This document shows, one piece after another, positions 24,398 through 36,056 of a DNA stretch of 64,000 nucleotides. A model generated the notes under the pieces. That model did not search any database, was not told where the DNA came from, and was given only the letters and a program-made list of their open reading frames with translations. Source of the stretch: Dicyema japonicum (taxonomy: Eukaryota > Animalia > Dicyemida); NCBI GenBank assembly GCA_011109175.1, contig RDEW01000009.1, positions 1,316,013 through 1,380,012 on the forward strand. Reading direction: 5' to 3'. The stretch's first letter is position 1. Each line of letters starts with the position of its first letter. The position numbers and the translations under genes are program-made.

Positions 24398-25039
24398 AGA
24401 CTCTATATTTTTATGGTTTAAAATTATACCACATTTATTCATGATTTCAATTAATTAAATAATATAAATATATTAATTTTTTAAAGAATTGTTGTGTTTT
24501 GTGATGTTCCGTGTGATTCCTTTATTCAGTCTTGATATCCTTCAAGTTACGTCCACTCATTGTTTTTCGAATTTATTCAGATTATTTCTCGTTTGGATTA
24601 GAGCTCGCGTTTCATCATCAATTGGATGTGATGAACGTTAGGACGACCTATCGGAATGAATTTTTTGCGAGCTCGGAGTATAATCTTTGACAGCAGCGTC
24701 TATAGATCCGAAGTCCTNAAGACTCTATATTTTTATGGTTTAAAATTATACCACATTTATTCATGATTTATATTAATTAAATAATATAAATATATTAATT
24801 TTTTAAGAATTGTTGTGTTTTGTGATGTTCCGTGTGATTCCTTTATTCAGTCTTGATTTCCTTTCAGTTACCTCCGCTCATTGTTTTTCTAATTTCTTCA
24901 AATTATTTCTCGTTTGGATTAGAGCTCGTGTTTCAGCATCAATTGGATGTGATGGACGTTAGGACGACCTATCGAAATGAATCTTTTGCGAGCTCGGAGT
25001 ATAATCTTTGACAGCGGCATCGATAGAGCTGAAGTCCTC
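24398..25039. repeat. ~320-bp tandem duplication joined by a single N (haplotype/assembly artefact)
   Basis: 24398-24717 and 24719-25039 are near-identical, with n at 24718. Confidence 0.85.
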
Positions 25040-25965
25040 TATCCGGAGGCCTGAAGGTGTAGCTCGATAAAATATGTGAGAGTGGTTCATAATGCCTTTG
25101 AGAAGTTAACATTGGTTCTTGGAGTGTTCATTAACTTATGTTTTTGTGGGATCCTCATGAAGATCGGGTTATGGTCAGTATGTAAGTCGTATATAACATC
25201 CCCTGAAATGACAGCCGCAAGAGAAGGAGCGGCAAAAAAAATGTCGAGTGGTTGGTCAGCACACCAATGAGTACGCATTTAGGTCACCGCTAATTAGCCT
25301 GTTTTCAAACCTAGGGAATCGCTTGAGCTTGGGGTTGTAGCCGCTGAGGCATGACAGTGGAGGGGGTATGTACATATTGACAACTATCAATCGGAGAGGG
25401 TAGGAAGATTCTCAGAGTTAGTTGTTCCAGTGTGTGACGGAAAGAGTCCGAGATGTCGTCTGAAATATTTCTAGCCATTATATGCTTCCTGATTGGTGCA
25501 ATATTGCCTCCTCCCTTTCCATGACCTCTGTCTCTCCTGAAAACGGAGTATCCCTGAATGTTGGGGGTTGATCGCCGTGAATTATATCCACTCAATGTTT
25601 TACAAGAAAACGTTGTATTTCGACGATTTTTGTTCGAATGCCATTGACGTTAATTTGTAATGTGACTAGGTCTTGTCTTGGATTTTCCTCGGCATCTCCA
25701 CAGGAAAGGAACAGGATCCGACACTATCTTCGCGTCCACGGTTGCGGGATAGGGAGTTTGTGACTTTTTTCCAACACTTCAAGTGAACGATGCGACCACG
25801 TAGACGAGTCACACGGCATGAAAATTTTCAATTCTGGAAACCGACACTATCTTCGCGTCCACGGTTGCGGGATAGGGAGTTTGTGACTTTTTTCCAACAC
25901 TTCAAGTGAACGATGCCACCACGTAGACGAGTCACACGGCATGAAAATTTTCAATTCTGGAAACG
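24500..25965 (-). mobile_element. I/Jockey-like LINE 5' region (Cys/His-rich segment plus APE endonuclease), decayed
   Basis: TLQINVNGIRTK, GYSVFRRDRGHGKGGG, GDLNAYS, LDIFFA...DLHTDHNPI. Confidence 0.75.
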
Positions 25966-27032
25966 ACATGTATCACCCCGACTGGGGGAACTTGATAAAA
26001 CCACTCTCAGGTATATATAACTACCATTCAATCATGTAAAAGTCACGTGTGATTATAAGATTTGTTTTTAAGGTTTCTAATGTAGTTTAATAATGATTGT
26101 GGGTTGCGTCAAATGTTAGTTTGTTGTTTTTTTAGCTGGTTTTTTTTACGCTCGAAGTAGGATCCACTTGAATTGAGTAAGCTACGAGAGGAGAGAAATT
26201 AGCGTCGTTGAAGTAGTTGAATCTTCTGTATGGAAAATTTGAAAATAATAGTGAAATTAGCGAAATTCAAATGTTTAGGATCCGAGAAATATTAAGTGAT
26301 ATTCTCTATCACCTAAATTCTCTATTCAGCATCAAAAATAACCAATTCGCAAAGATTTACTGAATTTATTATGTTTTACATAAATAACCAACTGAGAACA
26401 CCGAGTATTTTACATAATTTATCTCTTCAACCGTCTAAGCCTCGAGTTGAACAAGAGGATTCAACACCCCTGCATCAAGGACACAGCTCCTTGAGTTCTT
26501 TTAGCAAAGTTCTCCTACATGGGTATTTCTATTTGCTGTCAATTGTCTCAAGTAGTATATAAAATAGTAACAATGCTACTCCACGTCATCACTTAATAAA
26601 AAACGTGGACCGATCGATTACTCCCATCATTGGTTCGGAGATAATGAAACCCGCCCATTGCAACGATATTAAATAGGGTGAACATGGTTCTTTTTTTATT
26701 CTCATTGAGACTGAGTGCAGCCAAAATAGAAGAACTACAGAACNTGCAACGATATTAAATAGGGTGAACATGGTTCTTTTTCATTCTCATTGAGACTGAG
26801 TGCAGCCAAAATAAAAGAACTACACAACACTATGATGTTGTAGCCACTTGTAGTGAATAATATTGTAAAGGATTTGGTTGGGGAAATCTCAAGTCACAGT
26901 TGAGCAAACATTGGGTCACAGAATTTTGTGTGACCCCAGTGACTGCTTGGAGGTCTCTCTCCCTGGCAGATATGAGCAAATATAACCAAAATTAATAACT
27001 TTTAAAATGAAATTAACAAAAAGAATAAAAGA

Positions 27033-27226
27033 TTAATCCAATTTCTTAAAACCAAGTGACTTGGCATTATCACGGAAGCATTGACGACACACGAAAAGAG
27101 CATACTTCCTGATCAGCCCATGTCGATTCCCGCACATTCGACTAATATAAATTAGATTAAATACCAAGCACGCGATCCTTGTCCGTAATTACGAGGATGT
27201 GAATAGAAAACGTTAGCGTGACCCAT
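27033..27226 (-). CDS. RPS29: 40S ribosomal protein S29 (uS14), 56 aa, one 23-nt intron (27142-27164)
   Basis: [56 protein letters not shown]; absent from the ORF track. Confidence 0.97.
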
Positions 27227-27329
27227 CAAGAAACAATAAGCACGTTACGAATTTAAATAAACAAAATTTATTTATATTAAAAATTATTAAATAAAAATTT
27301 ATTAATAGAATAATTACTAGAATGGAATA

Positions 27330-27780
27330 AACTTTAATAATTTTTAAGATTCCCTTTGCTTTGCAGAATCAGAAAAGTACGACTCTCAGCAATCGAATGA
27401 GGTTTAACAGTAAATAGCAAAGAAAAGTCAGCATTGGCGTTAATTTTAAGACGTTTCAACCTTTTTCTGTGTTCTTTCTGAAAACCTATGCTCTTTCTGT
27501 ATGTATGAAACACTTTTCGGAATTTAGAGATTTCAATTAGTCTCCCGTTCACCTCACAAGTTCCTCGAACGAAGTTGGCATTAGTGGCAAGAAGGACCTT
27601 TGTAGGGCCTCCATGACTGTTTCTTGAAAGAAATTAATTATCTTTAGGTTTGTATGGTATAGGTTTGTGCCCCATGACGCATAAGGGGGTCGTATGTGAT
27701 CCCTAGATTTTGATAGTTAGTGGAGGGGATTGACATTTAATTAAGGGTCAAAAAAGAGCCGAATTTGTTAGTATTCAATT
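27330..27780 (-). mobile_element. I/Jockey-like LINE RT C-terminal remnant
   Basis: NLGITYDPLM, comparable to KILGVTFDS at 5340. Confidence 0.4.
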
Positions 27781-28790
27781 TGAAGTAATGATCTCTTGTT
27801 GCCCAATGTTCTGGAAAAGCCATCTCCTCATTATAGGTTTGTTATTCTGTTTCCCTGCAAGCAGTCAGATTAACTCGATAAAATCAGACGTATTCGGGTC
27901 AATAACCCCAGACTTCTCAACGGAGATCGGCAAAACGAACCGGTCCGTCGTACTCCTTTTCAAATCTTCAGCAGTACTCGCTGCGGAACCTACGTGCAAC
28001 GATTACTTAAGCAAATTCTCATTGAAGAAAATGTCCTAATCAAGACACCTTCCTCGGCTCCATGGCATGGTTATTATGCTTTCCATCACCTCTGTCAAGA
28101 CTGAAGGGCTCCAGAAGGCAAGTAAACCAGGCGTCTTCGATAGCTCTCATGACTGTTGCGTTTTAACATGATGTGACGAAGGAATCTCCTGGAGCTCCGT
28201 CTGCATGACATCGGGTGTAGTCCTTTCCTTTCAAACATCCCACCACATCAGATGTCAAGGCCTAGCCGAAGAACAACTTCAACGCGGATTTTATTCCCAT
28301 CAAGCAGAGTACCAACTGCCCGTACCGAAAAGGGATTGAGCCTGGACCCCGAATTCTCAGTGGACGCTGCATTCAGACATGTGCGACGATGGGTATCTGC
28401 GGATCTTCCAAGTTAATTTAGCTTTTTTCACAAAGGATTTCATCCCAGTCCTTTTGAGAGGTAAAGTTCTTCTGAAAACCAAACCTGTTCGCTATCCATT
28501 GATGCACAACCAGGTCAAGCACAGGGTCCAAACTCAATCCGTGGCAGGAATATAAAATTGAGTTGCCCAAGACGCGACAGCATACGAGGGACGATGGGTA
28601 GCATGGAATGGCCAAATCGGCAGTAGACCTCACACCAATTCCCTCAACCTTATCGGGAGCTTTACTTGGGATCAGCCAGTGCTGTCAAAACTGATATTGA
28701 GGATTTCTTCATTCGTCTGTCTGATAAGATCCTGCAGAGATATGAGAGAATCAGACTCATGGAAACAAGAGGAACTCCGTAATGAGAAGA
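27780..28790 (-). pseudogene. Putative endogenous viral element: L-protein middle/capping region
   Basis: EGIGVRS...SLDPVLDLVVHQW...WDEILCEKS*INL, then LHVGSAAST...IDPNTSDFIELI*LL; the latter parallels IDTLNPSSDDVM in 13200-14340. Confidence 0.35.
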
Positions 28791-28794
28791 TCAT

Positions 28795-29455
28795 ATTATT
28801 ATTATTAAACCAGAAAACCACCGTCATATCCAAAATAAACAAAATTCAGGTGTTGAGGGAGGTTGGGATCTTGGGAACAAAGTGTTGCTTGTCATTAAAA
28901 AGTATATGCTTCAAGAGTTTCGAACCTTTCCGTCATGAGCCGGAAGGAGTTGACCTTTCTCATCATAAACTTTTCCACACCGAACAAGATTAGAGGCCAT
29001 CCAAGGAGAACCGTGCCAGAAGACTCAAATATCCTCGCATGGCCAGATTCCTTATTGTCTACCACAATGTTGTGTTTGACTAGCACCGAGGTTCGGATAG
29101 CACTGTCTACCTTGATTGGAACTACTGTGCTTAACTACAGATTGCACCTTACGAGAACTTTCTGGTGTGGCAAATACCATACTTATTGCATGGTATAAGA
29201 TAAAGTCTTCGCACTATTTCGTTATCCTCCATACATAGTCGTGGCAGATCATGGATCCACACCGAGTTGCTAAATAATCAACCGACATGTTCCTTGACTT
29301 ACAATGTGGGCATGTATTTGTTGTCTTCCATATACGTGTACAACGCCTCCGATCGAGCTGAGTTTTCATAATATTTTAGCCATGCTGTCAACGACTTAGG
29401 GTCGACGTGTGGGTTGTCCAGTGCTCTGAAGAAGATCTTATGAAAGTTTTTTAAG
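28795..29455 (-). other. L-like fragment (29050-29455) followed by an unassigned segment and a LINE-type 3' tail (28795-28860)
   Basis: Homology to 17770-17950; tail acacctgaattttg...gacggtggttttctggtttaataataataat. Confidence 0.4.
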
Positions 29456-29459
29456 TTGA

Positions 29460-30990
29460 TAATAATAACACCAGAGACCACGATTACACAAACTAAATAA
29501 TCACGTAATCCCAGCACGCTATAACTGGCACCTCATCTTGGCCCGATGCTCCTCCTTACCCCACACAAGCACGCATCGTCCGAGTGACTGGATCTTCGCA
29601 ATCACGACGGCGCGTTCCATGGTTCATTCGTATCAAGGCTTCAAGAGGCATTGGTGGCTGGAACTCTCCAAAAATCCAGCGTTTAGTGATTTTGGAAGCT
29701 CTTTTACGGCAAGCCTCGATCTTCAAGATTTTTCGGGTCAATCTTGTCCATCTTTCCATGCTACACGCCAAACTTTTCATAGCATCCAGATCCTCCCCAC
29801 TTACGAATTTCCGGTTGATTGCCTTGAGATCCTCATCCAGCACCACCGGTAGCGTAGATGCGGGCGCCCCGATATTTCTTTCCACTTGCAGCGAAATAGT
29901 CTTCCATTGCCAAATTTGCAAGTGATGTAGGGTCCATCTGTAAGACGTGTCCAAACAGTCTCCATCATGCCTCCACCACATCCCAAGTCACAAGTCGCGT
30001 TGAGCACTTTCGGTACAATGCATCATTGTTGATCCGTGCCGGCCATTGTACCCCGCATAGTATTTGTAATTCCCTTCTGTGGAAGAAATTAAGATTTTTG
30101 GTTTCTGAGACCGAGGTCCCCCAGCAGGAAGAGTTATATAGCAAGACCGGCTTCACGAAACCATTATAGAGGCGCAAACGAAGCGCGATCGTTACCGGTC
30201 TGTTAGCTAACCAATCCATCTTTATCCTGTTCAGTGCGACAATTGATATTACTTTCCTCCGAATTATGTCCTCACTGTCCCGAGGAGGGAGCTGAGCTTT
30301 CTGGAACGTTTCCATCCCTTTTTTAATCTTGATCCCATGTGTACGATTTTCACAATTTAAGTGTCAGTTGTATTCACCGTAAGAAAACATTTCCCAAGCT
30401 CGGCAACGTCAAATAATCGCTTCAAAGCTGCTTTATCTTCCGATATGAAATACACATCATCAGCGTATATAATTTCGGTGATTTGTCCATTATAAAAACT
30501 TCTAAGACCACGCAGTGCCACCTCCAGGTATACCACAAATAGCAAAGGGAATCCCTTCTGGGGTGTATCCACAGTCGTCGAAAAATTTCTAGACGACGTA
30601 CTCCCAACTTGTACCGTCAGTTCTGTGTTCGACAATAAAACTTTTATCATCCTGACAGAATCCCTATTAAGGAATCCCCGCAAAGCATCAATAACTTTCC
30701 TCGGCGAATTGTCGAAAGCTTTCGACATGTCGATCCCAAAAATTGTAGTCGCACTCTCAAATCTTTGGTAAGTGGCACAACGCCACTTATGCCCCCAGAC
30801 CACATCAGCGGTAGATCTGCTTGTCCTGAGTCCACTGTGGCTCGATGACAGGAATTTATTCACAGGGTCTTACACACGATCCAGCATCACCAGAGCAAGG
30901 ACCTCTCTTAGCGTATTGATTAGAATGAATGGGCGCAGGTTTTCCGCCGGGCCCGCCTTTTTATTTGGTTTTTGAATCGGCACCAGATAT
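29460..30990 (-). mobile_element. 5'-truncated RTE-clade LINE with intact 3' end
   Basis: SGLRTSRSTADVVW, GIDMSKAFD, IIYADDV, RLYNGFVKPVLLYN, ...RAGIT* then ctggtgttattattat. Confidence 0.9.
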
Positions 30991-32196
30991 CAAAAAGAAT
31001 GCCTAAAAATATAGAGACCACTCAACTTTTTCTTCTTGAAGATAACGAATAAAAACTGGATATCTTTTTAGTTAAGTATTTTTAAATGCCTATATTCCAC
31101 TTCACAAAATCAGGTAATAGTTACAGCACTCTAAAAAAATATACAAAACGTTGTGATCTCCATATTATTAGACTACAGAAAATATTTTAAACAAAAAATT
31201 CTATTTAATTATTGATAAAGTGACATTCACGGAATAATAATATTAAATCTCATTGTCCGGATAATTTGTAATCCAGAGACTTTACACATTGTGAAATCAG
31301 CAATAAATTCAGTACATTCTAATGCTATTATTCCAACAATTAGAGATGTTTTTGTAAGTCCTCATCACAAGATGGGGGAGATTCTAGAAGCGGCATTTCA
31401 TTATTCCGAAAATCTCGTTGCAAAGACTGAAAATTTTTGAAGACGAATGTGAAGCAATCAATAATGGATTAAAATTTGTTCCATGAAATCTTTGAAATTA
31501 CGAAATATAAATGGCTAAAATCTATTTTGGAAAATTGTAAAACTCACGGTATTGAATCGAAGAAAGTTATGCAGATTTTTAAAGATCAGTTCTATTTCTG
31601 TAAAAAGGGATATTGAAAATTATTTTATTAAAAAAATTCGATGAGAATTATTTAATGGATGTTGTTAAAATGACTAGCAAATCAATAAATCCAATGACAC
31701 ATTGCAACCTTCTAAAATGCCCCGCTACTTCAATGCATTGGAATTATCCTTCTCCCTTTAGAAAAAAAGAAGTCAAAAGATATAAATTTCAATGAAAACA
31801 ATATTGAAAAATATTTCATGCTAAATTATAATTTCAAATAGTTTTTGTTAATTTCCATACAAAACATCTAAAAATGATTTCTTAGGTTGGTTATTTTTGA
31901 GAATGATTTAAAGCCTATATTAAGTTTTTGTGATTTTTTGTTTACAGTTTTGAAGGATCAACGAGAAGAGTCATGGCTGAGACAAAAGATTGAAATGGCC
32001 AAACTCCGAGGGAACTCGTTCGCAATCCACGCAGCCGGCTTCCTTAACTGACATTTGTTTCTTTGTTAAAAAATTATTTTTTGAACAAATAAAAAATAAT
32101 TTGAGAAAAATAATATAATTGTCCTAATTTTTTTAAGATGTCCTAATTGTATCATTTTAAAATGTCTTAAAAATTGTCCTATTATTTCTACCCTAA
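30990..32196 (+). mobile_element. Decayed hAT-like DNA transposon
   Basis: KCPATS..ELSFS...DINFNENNIEKYF is a dimerization-domain-like C-terminus; subterminal tgtccta repeats and a ccctaa terminus near 32190. Confidence 0.4.
31955..32100 (+). mobile_element. CRE-clade LINE 3' end
   Basis: DQREESWLRQKI...LRGNSFAIHAAGFLN*; homologous to 54052-54290. Confidence 0.7.
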
Positions 32197-32493
32197 TAAT
32201 TTCTCAAATATACTCTCCTTATTAGTGCCATCACATGGAAATAATTTTCTCTGAGTACTCCACGGATCATAACATCAATCTCATCATACTCATGGGTTCC
32301 AACTGAACAACACCTATGTAGTAACCACCACTTTTCTTATCCAAGTCCACTTTCGAGTTCTGTGTCACTCCAAATATAGCTGACGGATCTGTGTGAGTGT
32401 CCGCTTGTGTAGTTGTTTTCCTGCAAGCAACCGTTTATTTCACTTAAAAAAACAAAATTGACATATAAAAGACGATATAACAAAATACAAAAA

Positions 32494-33198
32494 TCAATCA
32501 CCAAACATATCGTAAGTAGCATCATCACTAGTCTCCTTTCCCCTGGGGTACAAGTCGACTACAATAGCAGATTCTGTCCTCTCCCCCAACATTTCCCCCA
32601 TCCTCTCACTAGTATACTGATACACGTCCATTTCCCCCTCACTCACTAGCAAGTCAGCCAGTTCCGTAAGGCGCAACATTGACTTCTCGTTCCCCTGAGA
32701 AAAATCGGTCGTATTCTTCCTCTTCTTCGACCACTGCTGACTCGCACTTTTGGATTCTCCACCAAATCTTCGAATTGCTTCCAACACGGATTCGCCGGGG
32801 TTTAAAAATTCCCAAATCTCCCGAATGACCTCTTCTCTGTCCACAGGTTCATCTTTTTCTTCATTCTCCCTACAAGGTTCTCCCTTGGGCTCATAAACCA
32901 CGCGGTCAATGTTATCCAGCCAATCATCCCGAATTCTCTTCGCACCTGACATTACGTACATTCCATCTTGGAGAATGAATCCTTCTTCCAATTCGTCGTT
33001 CATGTTAAATGGGGTTATCGGAATTCCGTGGATTTTTTCTTTAGCTTCCCTTTCAATTTCCTCATCACTCTCTTCTGCGTCGTCCTCTTCAAATATATTC
33101 ACATTCTCTTCTTGGTGCTCAAAATCCTCATCCTCGTATGCTCTTATATGGTGAGTTTTATTCTCATCTTCCTTAAACGTTACTCTCTTCACAACCAT
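32494..33198 (-). CDS. CD2BP2: CD2BP2 / U5-52K (Lin1) homolog, intronless, lacking the C-terminal GYF domain
   Basis: GIPITPFNMNDELEEG, DDWLDNI, LNPGESVLEAIRRFGG, LTELADLLVSEGEMDVYQ; ends DMFGD*. Confidence 0.92.
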   Translation of the reverse strand: MVVKRVTFKEDENKTHHIRAYEDEDFEHQEENVNIFEEDDAEESDEEIEREAKEKIHGIPITPFNMNDELEEGFILQDGMYVMSGAKRIRDDWLDNIDRVVYEPKGEPCRENEEKDEPVDREEVIREIWEFLNPGESVLEAIRRFGGESKSASQQWSKKRKNTTDFSQGNEKSMLRLTELADLLVSEGEMDVYQYTSERMGEMLGERTESAIVVDLYPRGKETSDDATYDMFGD

Positions 33199-33339
33199 CA
33201 AATTAAATTAAATTAAAATTAATTTTAAAATAATAATTAAATTAATTATTTAATGAATTATTTATATGATTTTTTAAATATTTTTTTAATTTATAGTATT
33301 TATTAACGTTCTGTTTTCTACATCGTATATTATTAACAT

Positions 33340-33495
33340 AAAACAAAAAAAGAACCAGCCGAAGGTCATACAGTGAATGACTGTTTGGCTACTTCCTCTC
33401 AGGAAGGAGAGCAAGATTTGGTCAAATAACCAGCAGCGCTCACGGGGATCTACTGTTCGTGTGGAAATCTGATTCCCTAGACGACTCGGAAATTA
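33340..33495 (-). mobile_element. CRE-clade LINE 3' end, second subfamily
   Basis: Homologous to 42030-42200 and 56520-56642; minus strand encodes LGNQIS..TVDPRER..LFDQI. Confidence 0.65.
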
Positions 33496-33539
33496 GACAT
33501 AGTACATATTTTTATTTAAAATATTAATTATGAAACATG

Positions 33540-34200
33540 TATTTAGTAAATCTAACACGTGATACATTGGAAAAATTAGGATCTACTGTGCTACTGGTAA
33601 CATCGATAATTGCCCTAACTGGAGAGAACGGGCAATAATCAAAAGATGTGCCGAACAACGATTGCTTGCAACTAAACCTGAAATTACGCCAGTCATTGCT
33701 TATGCTTCAAGAGATCGGTAAATTGTAGATTTGTTGATTTACGTCGATATTCTTCTCAAAATGAAAACTACTATTGGGGAATTAGTCTGCAAAATATCAG
33801 ATTATGGTTCTTATAGACTCATTTTCCAAATTTGCTGTTGTTGAAAGTGCCTTCACAAAATCTGGAAGTGAGAAATCCAGAATTCTAAAAAAATATTTTT
33901 TTCTGATTGGACCGCCGATTATCCTACATACGGATAATAGCAAGGAATTCAAAAATCAACACATGCAAAAATTATGCGATAAATTTGCCATTTCGCATGT
34001 TAAAGGACGTCCACGAGCTCCTTAGATACAAGGACAAGTAGAGCGGTTTTTGTTTTTTTTATCTCAATATATTTAACCAATAAATTAAAAGATAGGTTTC
34101 TTCCACGAGTTCATCCAAAGGAAATTTTGGAAGTTATATTGACTTCATAAAAGACATTTTACGGGATTATAATAGATCAACCCCCTTGCAAGTATGGACT
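33540..34200 (+). mobile_element. rve-type integrase remnant (Ginger/Gypsy-like, KRBA2/SCAND3-type)
   Basis: LIDSFSKF, GPPIILHTDNSKEF, GRPRAP*IQGQVER. Confidence 0.8.
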
Positions 34201-35079
34201 GTGACAAAAATTAAATAGATTTTTTAAATGGAAATAAATAATTTATAGTTGTAAAAAATCCTAGGAATGATCTTTGATATGCATATGTGTTTCTCGCGGG
34301 TTGTTTGAAATGTTTTAGACAAATATGAGAAAAAATCAACTTGTTAAGTTGGGTTATGGAAAATCGGAAACCATTGCGTACAAAAAACACTTTACTCTCT
34401 ATACATTGAGCCATGCATTTCATATTTATGTGCCTCATTTGGACCTTAAATCTCTTTGACTAATGATCAGAAAATAGTGGCTATACAAAAAGGGCTTTTA
34501 GAGTGACATAGAAGTGGTCTACGGACAAAAGAACATGATGTCGACAACCTTTGAGATTCTATTCCGAAGGAATAACGTATAGGCCTGATCAAACGTGATC
34601 AGCAGAAAACCTGACCCAACGAGTTTTTGTAGGATGGAGGTAGAGCATCGAGCCAAGTTGAGAGTCTGGATTAAATTTTTCGAGATTACTTAGTTTGTTT
34701 TTTCGGTTTAACACTGGAATTTAAAAAAAAACAAAAACTGCCTTTCATGGTTGGCCTATGCAGAAAGATTTCTCGTACCCGTGCTAATGTTATCTCGTCC
34801 ACTAGTCATTTCATGGACCCTTGAAGTACTCCGTCGAAAGATATCTTCGTTATAAATTAATCTAGGGTCGAATCCGTGCAACCATCACTTTCTTCAAATG
34901 GACCGCGCAAACCGAGTTTCGACGCCTACAGTATTTTGTAGCAAGCATCTGCCACTACATCACAACCAGCGTCCTGTCACTCCCCACGCCAGAAAGAGCC
35001 CCCTGACAGCATCAAATGGTGAAATATTTCTTGTTATACGGAATTTCGCCCCCAGTAGCAGTGGCTGGCTCAACTGACG

Positions 35080-35392
35080 CGCGTGGTGCCATGTGGCGCT
35101 TCGTGGCTAATTGGTTGGAGTTTCTGTTTGTTCGTCTGTTCCTCCTCTCTCTTCCTATTAAAGTGGCATCATGTGATCCACCTGTGTAGGTGGCGCCCAG
35201 TGCTAGACTAGCACTAAAAAAGACCATTTGCTCTCCCCCACTCCACTGGAGGGGTTTCCACAACTGCAAGTATTGGACGTCGATTCCTGATGGACTCTGT
35301 TTCTGTAGTAGTGGAAACTGGGTACACTTAACTATTTGTTTACTTTTACTTCTTTCTCGGTGTTTCCGGGGTTGTTTAAATAAAGTAAAAAA
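35080..35392 (+). mobile_element. SINE-like element (subfamily A) with HDV-like pseudoknot at 35165-35226
   Basis: Full-length homology to 41210-41510 and 57569-57897 (-); LINE-type 3' tail. Confidence 0.8.
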
Positions 35393-36056
35393 GGGAATGA
35401 GACCTGGTCATCTGATAGACCTGACTTCTTTATCAGTAAGAGATCAAGTACCTCAATTATAAACCGAATTCTGTATGGAGTACTTCCCGAAGTGGTCCGC
35501 CACGTCCTGTTCTTCACCAATCTGATCACATTCGATAAAAGGTATCCGAAGTACGCCAAATTGCAATCGGGTTTGTCCTCAGGAGGCTGGCTGCCAAGAC
35601 TACCTCCCGATCAAAGACCAAGGGTCAAATCAAACTAACTAATACATTGATCCTGACACATTTCAGCATAACCTTCATCCAAGAACAATGATCCAGAAAT
35701 CCTTTTCCTAAGGTCAAATCCTACATGTACCCAACGCTTGATTTGTTCAGTACTTGGGGTTACAAATGCCCCCTGAGTCCATCACCTTAGCATGGTAGCG
35801 AGAATAAATAAGACAAAAATTTTCATCCACCATTAAACTAAATAGACATTCTGTTGAGTAGGATTACAACACCACTCCAAACTTCTAACATTTAACCACT
35901 TGGCTAACTGGAGTGAATAAAAAATATTTTTTAAGAAATCCAAAATAAAATAATAATAATAATAAAAATATTAAAATTAATTTTTAAAGGTTTTTATTTA
36001 TTTCAAAATTAATAAAATATTCAAATTAAAAAAATGACAAATATAGAAATAACAAA

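Noticed and set aside
28930-29025. PARP-like VFWHGS motif
   Set aside because: No downstream G.GIYF or catalytic Glu motifs; the frame closes after ~37 codons.
33350-33495. 5S rRNA-like or structured ncRNA repeat (gccgaaggtcatac..., 3 copies)
   Set aside because: The minus strand encodes the CRE-clade RLE C-terminus, and similarity to 5S ends after ~14 nt.
35286-35322. Hammerhead-like CTGATGG...GAAAC in the SINE
   Set aside because: The core is CUGAUGG, not CUGANGA; GAAAC is paired in a gtttc/gaaac hairpin; the motif is not kept in the 57600 copy.
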